From positions 448,001 through 512,000 of the forward strand of contig CAWFQL010000012.1 in the NCBI GenBank assembly GCA_963817915.1: a stretch of 64,000 nucleotides of DNA, in the 5' to 3' direction. How positions within the stretch are numbered: position 1 is the first letter of the stretch; each line of letters begins with the position of its first letter. A program made the translations under genes and the position numbers. Origin of the DNA: an uncultured candidate division Zixibacteria bacterium (GTDB taxonomy: Bacteria > Zixibacteria > MSB-5A5 > UBA10806). Below are positions 43,189-53,872 of the stretch, in pieces. The notes beneath the pieces were generated by a model, which saw nothing but the letters and a program-made list of their open reading frames with translations, had not been told where the DNA came from and searched no databases.

Positions 43189-44430
43189 CTATTTCAACAA
43201 TTTACCTATTTCTTTTTCAATTACATCTATATCAGGTTTGATGGCTTCTTTCTCGAATTTGACATTCTTGAGGGCCGTATCTACATCCTTTAATCCATGC
43301 CCCGTAATAAGCAAGACTACTTCTTCTTGTTGCTTTAAATATTTCTTTTCTTTCAATTCAAGCATCCCCGCGAATGCCGCTGATGCCGCCGGTTCCGCGA
43401 AGACCCCACCCGATGATGCTAATATCTTTTGTGCTTTTAGAATCTTGGCATCGCTTACTGAGAAAAATCCGCCGTTAGAACCGTAAACCGCTCTTAAGGC
43501 CTTGATGCCATCCCGCGGATAGCCGACTGAAATCGAATCGGCGATAGTACTTGTACTTTCAAGCGGTTTAATTTTCTTATTCTTTTTAAAAGCCCTCACG
43601 AGCGGGTTAGCACCGTCGGCCTGGATACCATAAAGCTTAGGAATTTTATCTATCATATCCAACCGGCGTAAATCGCAAAATCCCTTGTATATCCCGCTAA
43701 TAATACATCCATCTCCAACAGGAACAATGACTGAATCCGGAGCGTGGCCAAGCTGGCAGGCTATCTCCAATGCCGCGCTCTTTTTGCCTTCGCCTGTAAA
43801 TGGGTTAACTGCCGTATTACGATTATACCATCCGAATCTTTCGCAGGCTGTCTGGCATAGATCAAACGCATGATCATAATCGCAATTCAATCTCAATACA
43901 TGGGCGCCATGCATTAAGATTTGCGCGAGCTTCGGCTTCGGCGCGTTCTTCGGTACGAATACTACTGTCTTCAATGATACCGATGATGACAATGTCGCCA
44001 GGGAAGAGGCCGCGTTGCCGGTAGATGCCGCCGCTATTACATCGGCCTTTGCCTCTCTCGCCATCGCAATTGCCACGGCCGACGCCCTGTCCTTGAACGA
44101 CGCCGATGGGTTTCTGCCATCGTCTTTAATCCAAAGATTTTCCAGGCCGGTTAATTTCGATAGATTGGGGGATTTAAATAAAGGGGTGCCGCCAATTACG
44201 AGAGAGGGCAGGCTTTCGATATTCTCGAACGGGAAAATATCGCTAAATGCTTCGAATACTGATTTGTTTCGCCGTAAATGAAATCCATCGCGATACTTTG
44301 ATTTCAGGTCATCTAAAGGATAGACAACATCGAGTGTTCCCTCGAATTGTCCGCAATGCGGGCATGTCAATGTTTTGGAGTCCGCTTGATATTCGGAATT
44401 ACAGGTTACGCATTTAAGGTGATATTTCAA
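43189..44430 (-). CDS. Threonine synthase (ThrC)-like PLP enzyme with N-terminal Zn ribbon
   Basis: CVTC..CPHC, NPSASFKDR, ASTGNAA, PVGDG, EPAASA, TGHGLKD; probable TTG start overlapping the ssnA stop. Confidence 0.85.
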   Translation of the reverse strand: MKYHLKCVTCNSEYQADSKTLTCPHCGQFEGTLDVVYPLDDLKSKYRDGFHLRRNKSVFEAFSDIFPFENIESLPSLVIGGTPLFKSPNLSKLTGLENLWIKDDGRNPSASFKDRASAVAIAMAREAKADVIAAASTGNAASSLATLSSSVSLKTVVFVPKNAPKPKLAQILMHGAHVLRLNCDYDHAFDLCQTACERFGWYNRNTAVNPFTGEGKKSAALEIACQLGHAPDSVIVPVGDGCIISGIYKGFCDLRRLDMIDKIPKLYGIQADGANPLVRAFKKNKKIKPLESTSTIADSISVGYPRDGIKALRAVYGSNGGFFSVSDAKILKAQKILASSGGVFAEPAASAAFAGMLELKEKKYLKQQEEVVLLITGHGLKDVDTALKNVKFEKEAIKPDIDVIEKEIGKLLK

Positions 44431-45770
44431 ATTCGCTCCCACAGCCTTTTTGCTTGTTTGCGTGCTTGATCCAAAATATTCTTATAATCGAATGACGAAA
44501 ACTCTCCATCCTTCAATATCCGTTTGCCGTTCACCCAGACCGAGTCCGCTTTTTGATTGGCCAGTCCATATAAATAATGCCCATAGATATTTTGACTCGT
44601 TAATGGGGTCGGGGGATTGTAGGACCATAGCACTAAATCTGCGGAATATCCCGGGGCTATCTTCCCGATTTTCGCGCCGGTAATATTGTTGAAAATCTGC
44701 GGATTTCCGTCTATGAGCATTTTAGAGATTATATCAAATCCGTAATTTGAATCTTTCTTTAGATGATGAGTAAGATATAATAGCGATTTCGCCTCTTGCA
44801 TAATATCAGAGCCGATTCCATCAGTGCCTAACCCGATATTGACTCCTTCATATTTCCACCATTCGGCAATTCCGACAGCGTTATTCTGATTCGAACGAGG
44901 GCACAGGATCAAATTCGCGCCGGATGATTTTAGCAATTCTATTTCGTCTCTGTCGAGATGAACTCCGTGAATTGCGAGGCTCTTATTGTTCAATAAACCA
45001 TATTTTGCAAATCGTTGAGTAGCCCTGATACCATATTTCGCAATAGAATCGTCTTGATCGAATTTATCTTCGGCCAGATGGAAATGATATCCCGGCGAGA
45101 ATTGCCTTGTTGCTTCCGAGATATTTTTCAGACTTTCATCCGATAATGTCATTGAAGCGTGAAGTCCGACCATTGTATTCAAAAGGCCGTTATTTAGATT
45201 TTGAGCTCGCTTTTTCCAGGGCCAGTATAGTTTCATTCAAGGCCTTCGCTGAAATTTATTTTTGCCTTTTCTGTCAGATAATTCAAAACATATCGAACCT
45301 CGGAGCCCTATGGTCTCGAATGCTTCCGCAATTTTGCTCAGTGAGCCTTTGATATTGGTCTGGCTCGAATGATGATCCGCGACTGCTGTCACTCCCGATA
45401 ATACTGATTCGCAAAGACCAATCATGGCGGAATAATAGATATCATCAAGATTCAATGCTTCATCGAGCCGCCACCATATATTTTCAAGTATCTCTTTGAA
45501 ATTTGCCGAATGCTTTCCTGTGCCTGCCCAGCCGCGCGCGAATGATGAATATAAATGATGATGAAGATTTACCAGCCCGGGTGTCAACAATCCTGTATCG
45601 ATTTTTTCAACACCGGCATCGGGGTTGGCGGTTTTCAGTTGATTGAAATCGCCGACAGAAGCAATAATTCCATCTTCGACTAATATAGCCCCAGATTCTA
45701 TTACGCCAACCTCGGAATTCGTAAACAAATAAGGGGCTGATATAATATTCTTTTTCGATTTATTTGACAA
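44427..45770 (-). CDS. ssnA: SsnA-family amidohydrolase (apparent frameshift near 45240)
   Basis: NLHHHLYS.FARG, WWRLD, DHHSS, GLHAS.TLS, HFHLAE, SNQNNAVG, LGTDG. Confidence 0.88.
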
Positions 45771-47505
45771 ATAGTCCTACCGGTTTGAATTGCTTAACAT
45801 CAATAAGCCCGTAGTCGGTAAGTTTTAGCTCTGGAATCACCGGAAGCGCGAGGAAGCTCAAAGTCATCATCGGCTCTTTGAGTTTCGAACCAAGTACATG
45901 AATTACATCAATCAGCTTTTCAACATCGTCGGCGACTTCCTGCAACGGCCTGTCCGACATCAAACCCGCTATCGGTAATTTTACATCGGCCAATACCTGA
46001 CCATCGGCGACCGCCGCTATTCCTCCGCCGATCTTATTGATATGAGTAACAGCCTTAAAGATATCGCCATCATCAACACCCGCGACAATTATATTGTGCG
46101 AATCATGCGCTATCGATGTTGCCACAGCTCCGCGCTTGATCCCGAATCCCTTGACCAGACCTTTTCCAATTCTGCCCGAGGCCGTGTGACGTTCCAATAC
46201 GAATAACTTCAGGATATCCCGTTTGGTATCAGATACAACTTCACGGCCATTAATTTTGGGATCAAAAAGTCTGTGTTTGGTGATAATCTGATCCGGAATA
46301 ATCTCGATAACCCTGACTTTGCCCTTCTTGGCAGGGATATGAAATTCATCGCCGTTAAGCCATTTAATATTGACCGTGCTTCTGATAATCGGCTTCGGGC
46401 GCGGAATATCTTCATATATGGCCTGCCCGTTTTTCCCGACCAGCACACCTTTTTTGAAAACCTCGGTGATATTCATCTTTTTGAAATTATCAAAGACAAC
46501 TAAATCTGCCACCAGTCCCGGCGCAATTGCTCCCAAATCCTTGAGGCCGAAATATTCGGCAGGATTCAGGGTGACTAGCTGAATAGCGGTGATCGGATCG
46601 AGTCCCAATTTGATCGCCTTTCTCACAACACCATCAGTATGCCCAGTTGCCAGGATATCGCCCGGATTATGATCATCGGTCACCAGCATGAAACGGTTCT
46701 TATTTGACGCATTTACCAGCGGCAACAGGTCTTTCAAATTTCTGGCCGCGGAACCCTCGCGAATCATCACATACATTCCCAAACGAAGCTTTTCCCGCGC
46801 CTCTTTCAACGTTGTTGATTCATGATCCGACGATATCCCCGCTGAAATATACCCCGCAAGGTTTTTACCACTCATGCCGGGCGCGTGACCCTCGACCCGC
46901 TTCTCCTCGGTAATCGCGATCTTTTCCATCAAATCCTCATCGCCGCCGAGAACGCCCGGATAATTCATGACTTCTCCCAAGCCGACCACCCATTTTTCCC
47001 TGAAAAATGGAAATATATCGAATGCCTTCATTGTCGAACCCGATGTTTCTAAATTGGTCGCTGGTACACACGATGGGAGAGTGATAAATACATTCAACGG
47101 ATTATACTTCGATGATTCCAGCATATAGCGAATACCATCATATCCTAAGACATTGGCGATCTCATGCGGATCCGCTACAATAGAAGTCGTCCCGCGAGGT
47201 ACGATCACTCTCGCCAGCTCGGGAATAGTCACCATCGATGATTCCACATGGAAATGGCCTTCGATAAATCCCGGCGCGACATATTTGCCGTTCATGTTTA
47301 TACGCTTAACCGATTTATATCTGGGACCGACTCCGGCGATTCTATCCTGATAAATAGCGATACTGCCTTCGATAATTTCATTGGAGAAGACATTGACGAT
47401 TCTGCAATTATCAAGGCTCAAATCGGCCATTCTCTGATCCGAGGCTACCTCGATTAGCTCCTTGATAGCCCTGACTGATCTTCGAGCAAATGGATTAGGC
47501 GACAT
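45760..47505 (-). CDS. ade: Adenine deaminase
   Basis: GHFHVESSM, DPHEIANV, EVMNYPGV, SDHE, IREGS, AHDSHN, LPVIPELK. Confidence 0.95.
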   Translation of the reverse strand: MSPNPFARRSVRAIKELIEVASDQRMADLSLDNCRIVNVFSNEIIEGSIAIYQDRIAGVGPRYKSVKRINMNGKYVAPGFIEGHFHVESSMVTIPELARVIVPRGTTSIVADPHEIANVLGYDGIRYMLESSKYNPLNVFITLPSCVPATNLETSGSTMKAFDIFPFFREKWVVGLGEVMNYPGVLGGDEDLMEKIAITEEKRVEGHAPGMSGKNLAGYISAGISSDHESTTLKEAREKLRLGMYVMIREGSAARNLKDLLPLVNASNKNRFMLVTDDHNPGDILATGHTDGVVRKAIKLGLDPITAIQLVTLNPAEYFGLKDLGAIAPGLVADLVVFDNFKKMNITEVFKKGVLVGKNGQAIYEDIPRPKPIIRSTVNIKWLNGDEFHIPAKKGKVRVIEIIPDQIITKHRLFDPKINGREVVSDTKRDILKLFVLERHTASGRIGKGLVKGFGIKRGAVATSIAHDSHNIIVAGVDDGDIFKAVTHINKIGGGIAAVADGQVLADVKLPIAGLMSDRPLQEVADDVEKLIDVIHVLGSKLKEPMMTLSFLALPVIPELKLTDYGLIDVKQFKPVGLFVK

Positions 47506-47534
47506 AATATTTCCTCAATACCATTCTGATTTGA

Positions 47535-48743
47535 CTAATTAAATTGTTTTAATTCCAGACAGCTCTTGACCGGCTGGGTCAAAAGGCAAAGTCCGCAACC
47601 GACACATTTTTCAATTGAAATATTGGGCGTGCGATTTTCATGGTTCCATTCGATCGCTTCATGGCCGCCATCACGGCAGGCTATATAGCAATGACCGCAT
47701 CCGATACATTTTTCTTTCACTACCTGACTTCTAACTTTTATCCGCGGCAGATGATCATGATCGACTAAATTGGGCAGCGCTTGTCCGATAAGCTTGTCAA
47801 CCGATTCGATATTTTTCCTTAAAAGATAATTATCAAGCCCCGATGTCAGATCATTGATAATATCAAATCCATAGAGCATCACCGCTGTGCATATCTGGAT
47901 ATTGCGCGCGCCAACCGAAAGCAGTTCCACTGAGTCGCGCCAATCCGATATGCCGCCATTACCGGATATTACGAGCCCCTTCAGATTTCTGGCAATCTCC
48001 GCGACTGTTCTCAGCGTAATAGCCTTGATTACCGGCCCGGTTAATCCCGAATATGTCGATTTTCCGCTGACATTCGGCTCTGGAGTCAACGATTCGATAT
48101 CTATGCCCATTAACGCCGGAATCGAATTAGATGCCGTGATGCCATCGCACCCAGATCGTTGCACTGCCTTCGCAATTGCGACTATATCAGTAACCTGCGG
48201 AGTAATTTTTATCAACACTGGCAAATTGCCGGCGGCTTCCTTCACCCAGGTCGCGGCCCGTTCTGTGGCTGATTCGCTTTGTGCCAGCATTTTCCCCGGA
48301 TCTTCTCCGATATTTCCCTGCGGGCAGGAAAAACTGCATTCGATTAAATCGACTCCGGCATCCTTGAGCATCCTAACGAGCGTCTGCCAGCCTTCTTTCG
48401 ACCCCGACATTATCGATGCCGCTATCATCTTCGATGGGAATTCCTTTTTGAGAATTTTGACACGCCTTACTATCTCATCGATATGATAGCCGCTGATTAA
48501 ATCGATATTACCCATTCCGATTGCTCTATCATCATTTTTGATTGAGCTCATCATCGGATAAGCTAAATCGACTTTGGTTCCTTCAAGCGAAGTTGTCTTC
48601 AGCACTAACCCTGCCCAGCCGGCTTCGAGTCCTCGTCTGGCTATCGAAAGCTCATCGGTCGATGGCGCCGCTGATAATATGAATGGATTCTCTAACTCTA
48701 TGCCGAGAAAATTGGATTTCAGTCTGGTTGATGTTAGGGTCAT
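47535..48743 (-). CDS. preA: Dihydropyrimidine dehydrogenase PreA-like subunit (FMN barrel + ferredoxin)
   Basis: NPFILSAAP, GWAGLVLKT, SFSCPQG, KITPQVTDI, CIGCGHCYIAC. Confidence 0.8.
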   Translation of the reverse strand: MTLTSTRLKSNFLGIELENPFILSAAPSTDELSIARRGLEAGWAGLVLKTTSLEGTKVDLAYPMMSSIKNDDRAIGMGNIDLISGYHIDEIVRRVKILKKEFPSKMIAASIMSGSKEGWQTLVRMLKDAGVDLIECSFSCPQGNIGEDPGKMLAQSESATERAATWVKEAAGNLPVLIKITPQVTDIVAIAKAVQRSGCDGITASNSIPALMGIDIESLTPEPNVSGKSTYSGLTGPVIKAITLRTVAEIARNLKGLVISGNGGISDWRDSVELLSVGARNIQICTAVMLYGFDIINDLTSGLDNYLLRKNIESVDKLIGQALPNLVDHDHLPRIKVRSQVVKEKCIGCGHCYIACRDGGHEAIEWNHENRTPNISIEKCVGCGLCLLTQPVKSCLELKQFN

Positions 48744-50002
48744 AGCTTCGTATCTTTCAAAAATGATAATATCTTCTGCGCCGCCGATTTCCCATCGCGC
48801 ACCGCTTCGACTATGGTACCTTCGCCTCTCGCGAAATCACCACCCGCGAAGATGCCTTTTATGGATGTTGTCAGATCGCCATTAATTTTGATTTTATCAG
48901 CATATCCGGAATATAGACCGACAGCAATTATGGCTAATTCCACAGGTAGTATAAATTCAGTGCCTGCCACATTTCCCGGTATTCGTCTGCCGCCGGAATC
49001 TAACTTGTCTGTTAAACTAGTTCTGACACATTTGATCGACGCAAGATTCCCGGCTTTGGAAATAAATTCTATTGGGGCGACCAGGTAGTCGATTATCACA
49101 CCCTGCCCTTGAGCCTCTTTGAGCTCCGACTCCCAAACTTTGATTTCTTTTGGCCCGCGTCGGTATAGAAGATGAATTTCCGATGCTCCAAGCCGCGCCG
49201 CTGTCGATGCCACGTCGAGTGAGACATTCCCACCGCCGATTACGACAACTCTCTTGCCTTTTAACGAAGGATATTTGGATTTCCGGGCTTGCTCCAAAAA
49301 CTGGAGAGCGTGGATTACCTGTGGGAGATTTTCGCCGGGGATATTCAACAATTTTCCCTCTGAAAGTCCGGCCGCGACAAAAACCGAATCATAACTGCCG
49401 AGTAACTTCGTGGGATCATCGATTGTAGAATTTAAATTGATTTCTATTCCAAGCGCGATAGCGTGCTGGATATCCTTCGCCAAAATTTCGTCAGTCAATC
49501 TAAATTCGGGGATGCTGCTTGACGGCACGCCGCCGATATGATCACCCCGTTCAAAGATTGTCACTGCGATTCCGACTTCGGCTAATTTGATTGCGCAACT
49601 TAGCCCGGCTGGGCCTGATCCTATGATCGCTACTTTATTTCCGGATTTCCTTACAGATATATTGCCGAAAGTTTCGGAGCTAGTAGCGTAACTATGAAGC
49701 TCCCTTATCATCAAGGGCCGATCTATCTTGGCTCTCGTGCATTGTGTTTGGCAAAATACTTCCTCCGGACAGACCGCTCCGCAGGTTGCGGCCATTGGGT
49801 TGGCATCTCGAATTAATTCGGCCGCGTATCGAATATTGCCTGATTTAATAGATCTGATAAAATTCGGAATTGGTATCGATGCCGGACATGCTTTTTGACA
49901 TGGCGGATCAAAACAACTCAGACATCTCAAGGCTTCGTCATTCAACCAGTCGCTCTGTAATTCAATATTTTTGGAATTTTCTGTCGAGGTTGTTTTATTC
50001 AT
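48740..50002 (-). CDS. preT: PreT/GltD-like FAD/NAD(P)-dependent Fe-S oxidoreductase subunit
   Basis: EALRCLSCFDPPCQKACP, CGAVCP, IGSGPAG, VIGGGNV, FAGGD. Confidence 0.8.
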   Translation of the reverse strand: MNKTTSTENSKNIELQSDWLNDEALRCLSCFDPPCQKACPASIPIPNFIRSIKSGNIRYAAELIRDANPMAATCGAVCPEEVFCQTQCTRAKIDRPLMIRELHSYATSSETFGNISVRKSGNKVAIIGSGPAGLSCAIKLAEVGIAVTIFERGDHIGGVPSSSIPEFRLTDEILAKDIQHAIALGIEINLNSTIDDPTKLLGSYDSVFVAAGLSEGKLLNIPGENLPQVIHALQFLEQARKSKYPSLKGKRVVVIGGGNVSLDVASTAARLGASEIHLLYRRGPKEIKVWESELKEAQGQGVIIDYLVAPIEFISKAGNLASIKCVRTSLTDKLDSGGRRIPGNVAGTEFILPVELAIIAVGLYSGYADKIKINGDLTTSIKGIFAGGDFARGEGTIVEAVRDGKSAAQKILSFLKDTKL

Positions 50003-50118
50003 CGCTTGTTGTCATCCGATCATCATATTCTTTTATAAGGATAGAAAATAAACAATATTAATGAAAGCCCAAAAAGCCCTTATATACCGGAAGGTCCGGG
50101 GTCTTAATAAATTCATCC

Positions 50119-50670
50119 TCATTTGTTGCCGCCAGTAACCCTATGAGAAAAAGCTCCTAAATTCTCCTCAGTAATAATAGTCGCCGCCTTTTTCAACGCT
50201 TCGATTATTTGGATATATCCGGTGCAACGGCATAAATTTCCGGCAATAGCAGTCTTTATTTCAGCTTCATTCGGATTTTTGTTTTTGAGAAATAGGGCAA
50301 TTGACGACATCACCATTCCCGGCGAGCAAAATCCGCAATGAACTGCATCGTATTCCAAAAAGGCTTTTTGGATTGGATGAACCTCATTAGCCATTCGGGG
50401 AGTAACCCCTTCGATTGTCCAAATAACCGCGTTGTCAATCTGTGGCGCTAAAACCAGGCAGGCATTGACAGCTTCGCCGTTGAAAAGCACGGTGCATACT
50501 CCGCACTCGCCGATCTCGCATCCGCATTTGGTGCCATAGTATCCAAGCCCATCGCGGAGGAATCTAAGCAATGTCCAACTGATAGGGACTTCCTTTTCGT
50601 ATTCGATCCCATTGAGGCGGAATCTGACAATAACATCCTTTTGCGTGTCTATGTAATTAGCGTTTTTCAA
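50119..50670 (-). CDS. Xanthine dehydrogenase-family [2Fe-2S] subunit (trimer 2)
   Basis: GTKCGCEIGECGVCTV, CGFCSPG, GNLCRCTGY. Confidence 0.92.
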   Translation of the reverse strand: MKNANYIDTQKDVIVRFRLNGIEYEKEVPISWTLLRFLRDGLGYYGTKCGCEIGECGVCTVLFNGEAVNACLVLAPQIDNAVIWTIEGVTPRMANEVHPIQKAFLEYDAVHCGFCSPGMVMSSIALFLKNKNPNEAEIKTAIAGNLCRCTGYIQIIEALKKAATIITEENLGAFSHRVTGGNK

Positions 50671-51527
50671 TTTGTATACCCATCGTAATTAAATGCTTCG
50701 TCCAGGGCCCTTTGCATCAGGCCGATTAAAACCGGCTTTTTGTAAGGTGTCGACCAGCGATATCCGCTGTCCTTAATCATCAGGTCAGCCGCTAAATTCG
50801 AGACTTCTTCAAATAATTTTGGCGAGCCGGATTGCCCGCGTAAGATGCGTTCAATTTCATTTATCCTAGATGGCACAGGGAAGACTGAGCCTGCGGAAAT
50901 CTGCGCGGATTTAATTATATTCTCTTTATCTTTTGCCAGAGAAACAGCCAGAGTCATCCTCGATATATTCACTGCCTGCCGTCTGCCCAGCTTTATATAT
51001 GAAATGCCATTTTTATCAGGCTTAGTTTTGCAGGTAATTGAATGCAATAATTCATTCGGCTGAATAACGGTCATGTATGGCATAGTAATGAAATCAGCCA
51101 ATTTTACTGATCGTTTCGCGCCCTTACTTATCAGAATAAGTTCGGCATCATATATCAATAATGCCGGCGCCGTATCCGCGCACGGCGAAGCGTTAACAAT
51201 ATTGCCACCAATTGTACCGCGATTTCTAATTTGTTGCGACCCCACCATGCTTGCCGCAATCGAAAGCAAAGGGAGATTGTTTATAATAATTGAATTTGTC
51301 GCAAGCGAATTGTGAGTCACTGCCGCGCCGACCTCGATAGAGTCACCATTTATCTTTATAAAATCCAATCCAATAGAAGCGACATCTATCAATTTCTTGG
51401 GCTCACCTCGGCGAAGTTGGGGGATAACATCCGTGCCGCCTGCTATCGGAGTGTAATCGCCCGAAGACATTATATTCAACGCTTCGTCTACTGTCCGCGG
51501 ACGAGCAAATTCATTCACGGCGATCAT
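50667..51527 (-). CDS. Xanthine dehydrogenase-family FAD subunit (trimer 2)
   Basis: IAGGTD, QIRNRGTIGGN..NASPCAD. Confidence 0.92.
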   Translation of the reverse strand: MIAVNEFARPRTVDEALNIMSSGDYTPIAGGTDVIPQLRRGEPKKLIDVASIGLDFIKINGDSIEVGAAVTHNSLATNSIIINNLPLLSIAASMVGSQQIRNRGTIGGNIVNASPCADTAPALLIYDAELILISKGAKRSVKLADFITMPYMTVIQPNELLHSITCKTKPDKNGISYIKLGRRQAVNISRMTLAVSLAKDKENIIKSAQISAGSVFPVPSRINEIERILRGQSGSPKLFEEVSNLAADLMIKDSGYRWSTPYKKPVLIGLMQRALDEAFNYDGYTN

Positions 51528-53872
51528 TCTATGATACTCCGGGCCTTCAATGAGCCTCGTTTACTGGCGCGCGATAATTGTTTTCCCAAAAGCACCCTTT
51601 CAAGGGTCAACGGCAGATTTCTGATTCTCATACCGGTAGCATTGGCGACAGCATTCGCAATTGCGGGGGCGGCAATCTCACAGGCAGGCTCACCTAGTGA
51701 TTTCGCGCCGAATGGCCCGACCGCGTCTGGATTTTCGACAAATACAATACTCATATCCGGGATATCGCAAGCGGTCGGAATTAGATATTCATCGAAATTT
51801 TCCAACATCGGTACGCTGTCCTCTTCGCCATATTCTTCCAAGAGCGCATATCCTAGACCCATGGCAACACCGCCATAGATCTGCCCCGAAGCCCCGTTAA
51901 GATTCAGCGCTCTGCCGAGATCATGCGAACTTATGAATTTGGTCACCTTTACCTGGCCGGTGACAGTATCAACCTCGACTTCAGCTAAATTCGCGGCATA
52001 GACAAATGTGAAATAGGCATCTCCCTGGCCGTCTTCTTCATTCCAGGTAGTCGATGGTGACTTATACCATCCGAATTCAAAAAGCGATATTCCCTTTTTA
52101 AAACCTGCCGCCGCTAATTCGGCAAATGTCAGGCGTTGTGAATATTCTGAGCTGTCCACTGTCGAGTGGATTTGATTGCTTTCAAATACCAGAGAGCTCT
52201 GCGGGCAATTCAATATTTCCGCCGCCAATGGTTTCAAACTATCCGTCAGCTTTTGGCAACCAATTCGAGCCGCGTTTCCCGCCATAATGCTGGTTCGCGA
52301 TGCCACCGTGGGACCCGAATCAGGCATTACCGAAGTATCTGCACTCAAAAATCTAATCTTATCAATTGTTATTCCAAGCTCTTCGGCAATCACCATAGAT
52401 ATAGTAGTAGCAGAGCCCTGTCCCATATCGACCAGCCCGCACGACGCCACAATCGAACCGTCGGTCTGAATTGAAATAGCGACCCCAGCAGCATCGGTAC
52501 CTTCAGCGCCAAGCGAGACTCCTCTATAACTACATGAAATCCCGATTCCCTTTTTTATTTTGTCATTGCTGCCCTGGTTGTCTTTCCATTTTGTTTTGAA
52601 ATTTCCCATATTGCCAACATTGGCCAGAGCATCACCGACACTTACCTTATGATTCAATTTCTGGCCGGTCGCCGTGATGGAGCCATCCCTAAGAGTATTC
52701 AATAGACGAAATTCCATAGGATCTTGGTTCAACTCTGCCGCAAGTTCATCCATCAATGATTCCACAGCGAAACAAATCTGTGGCGATCCGAACCCCCTCA
52801 TCGCGCCGGTGTAGCAATTATTGGTATATACAGCGTAAACATCGGTCTTCACATTCGGCACGATATATGGCCCGGTAGCCTGAACCACCGAACGCCACGT
52901 TACGAATGGTGACATGGCGGCGTACGCGCCGGCGTCGGCGTGAATAACTATCTCCATCGCCTGTAGCAGACCATCCTTGCGCGCGCCGACCTTATATTTC
53001 ATTTTATATGGATGGCGTTTATAAGATTCTCTCATTGAATTTTCACGGCTATTGACCATTTTTACAGGCCGTCCGGTAGCGATCGCCAGTAATGCTGCCC
53101 GGCAGCATAGCGCGCTCATAGCTTCATCCTTGCCGCCGAATGATCCGCCGAGAATCGCTTGTAAAATTCGAATTCTATTCAACGGCAAATTCAATACCGA
53201 TGATAAAACCCGCCTTATGCTATACAAATTCTGAACCGATCCGGTTATGGTTATGCCGCCATTTTCTCCCGGCTCGGCCAAGACCGCTTCAGGCTCCAGG
53301 TATGAATGCTCGATTTTTTGAGTGCTATATTCTCGTTCGATAACAATATCAGATTTAGCAAATCCATCGGTGATATCCCCACGTTTGACCTTGTGATGAT
53401 TGCAGAGATTGCCTTTTTCATGAACCAGGGGAGAGGCAGGTTTCAATGCTTCAATTGGATCGGTTACGGGCTCTAATGGTTCATATTTGACTTTAATTTG
53501 TTTGGCGGCTTCCTCTGCGATTTCAACAGTTTCGGCCGCGACTATCGCTACCACATCCCCAAAAAATCTCGCCTTATCCACGCATAAAACCATTTGATGC
53601 GGTTCTATCGCCCCGAATGATTTATTGCCGGGAATATCATTGTAGGTCAAGATCGCCCGCACACCTGCGATTTTTTTTGCCTTCTCAATATCAATCGAAA
53701 TTATCTTCGTGTGAGGAAAATCAGTATACTTTACCGCTCCATACAATTGCCCGCGTCGATTATAGTCTGCCCCGTACATGGCTCGACCCGTAACCTTATC
53801 GAGCCCGTCAACGCGAGGGACGCTCGTCCCGATTATCTTGAATGTTTTATCGTCCGGCTTAATATCAGGCAT
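51524..53872 (-). CDS. Xanthine dehydrogenase-family molybdopterin subunit (trimer 2)
   Basis: KVTGRA.Y, GGSFGGK, AMRGFG, DMGQG, TVASR, GAKSLGE; ATG 53872 overlaps the upstream gene end. Confidence 0.93.
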   Translation of the reverse strand: MPDIKPDDKTFKIIGTSVPRVDGLDKVTGRAMYGADYNRRGQLYGAVKYTDFPHTKIISIDIEKAKKIAGVRAILTYNDIPGNKSFGAIEPHQMVLCVDKARFFGDVVAIVAAETVEIAEEAAKQIKVKYEPLEPVTDPIEALKPASPLVHEKGNLCNHHKVKRGDITDGFAKSDIVIEREYSTQKIEHSYLEPEAVLAEPGENGGITITGSVQNLYSIRRVLSSVLNLPLNRIRILQAILGGSFGGKDEAMSALCCRAALLAIATGRPVKMVNSRENSMRESYKRHPYKMKYKVGARKDGLLQAMEIVIHADAGAYAAMSPFVTWRSVVQATGPYIVPNVKTDVYAVYTNNCYTGAMRGFGSPQICFAVESLMDELAAELNQDPMEFRLLNTLRDGSITATGQKLNHKVSVGDALANVGNMGNFKTKWKDNQGSNDKIKKGIGISCSYRGVSLGAEGTDAAGVAISIQTDGSIVASCGLVDMGQGSATTISMVIAEELGITIDKIRFLSADTSVMPDSGPTVASRTSIMAGNAARIGCQKLTDSLKPLAAEILNCPQSSLVFESNQIHSTVDSSEYSQRLTFAELAAAGFKKGISLFEFGWYKSPSTTWNEEDGQGDAYFTFVYAANLAEVEVDTVTGQVKVTKFISSHDLGRALNLNGASGQIYGGVAMGLGYALLEEYGEEDSVPMLENFDEYLIPTACDIPDMSIVFVENPDAVGPFGAKSLGEPACEIAAPAIANAVANATGMRIRNLPLTLERVLLGKQLSRASKRGSLKARSIIE

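Noticed and set aside
47887..48486. Long antisense ORFs (also 5601-6107, 51312-51878, 34290-34736, 7043-7510)
   Set aside because: Shadows of well-supported genes on the opposite strand with no domain signal
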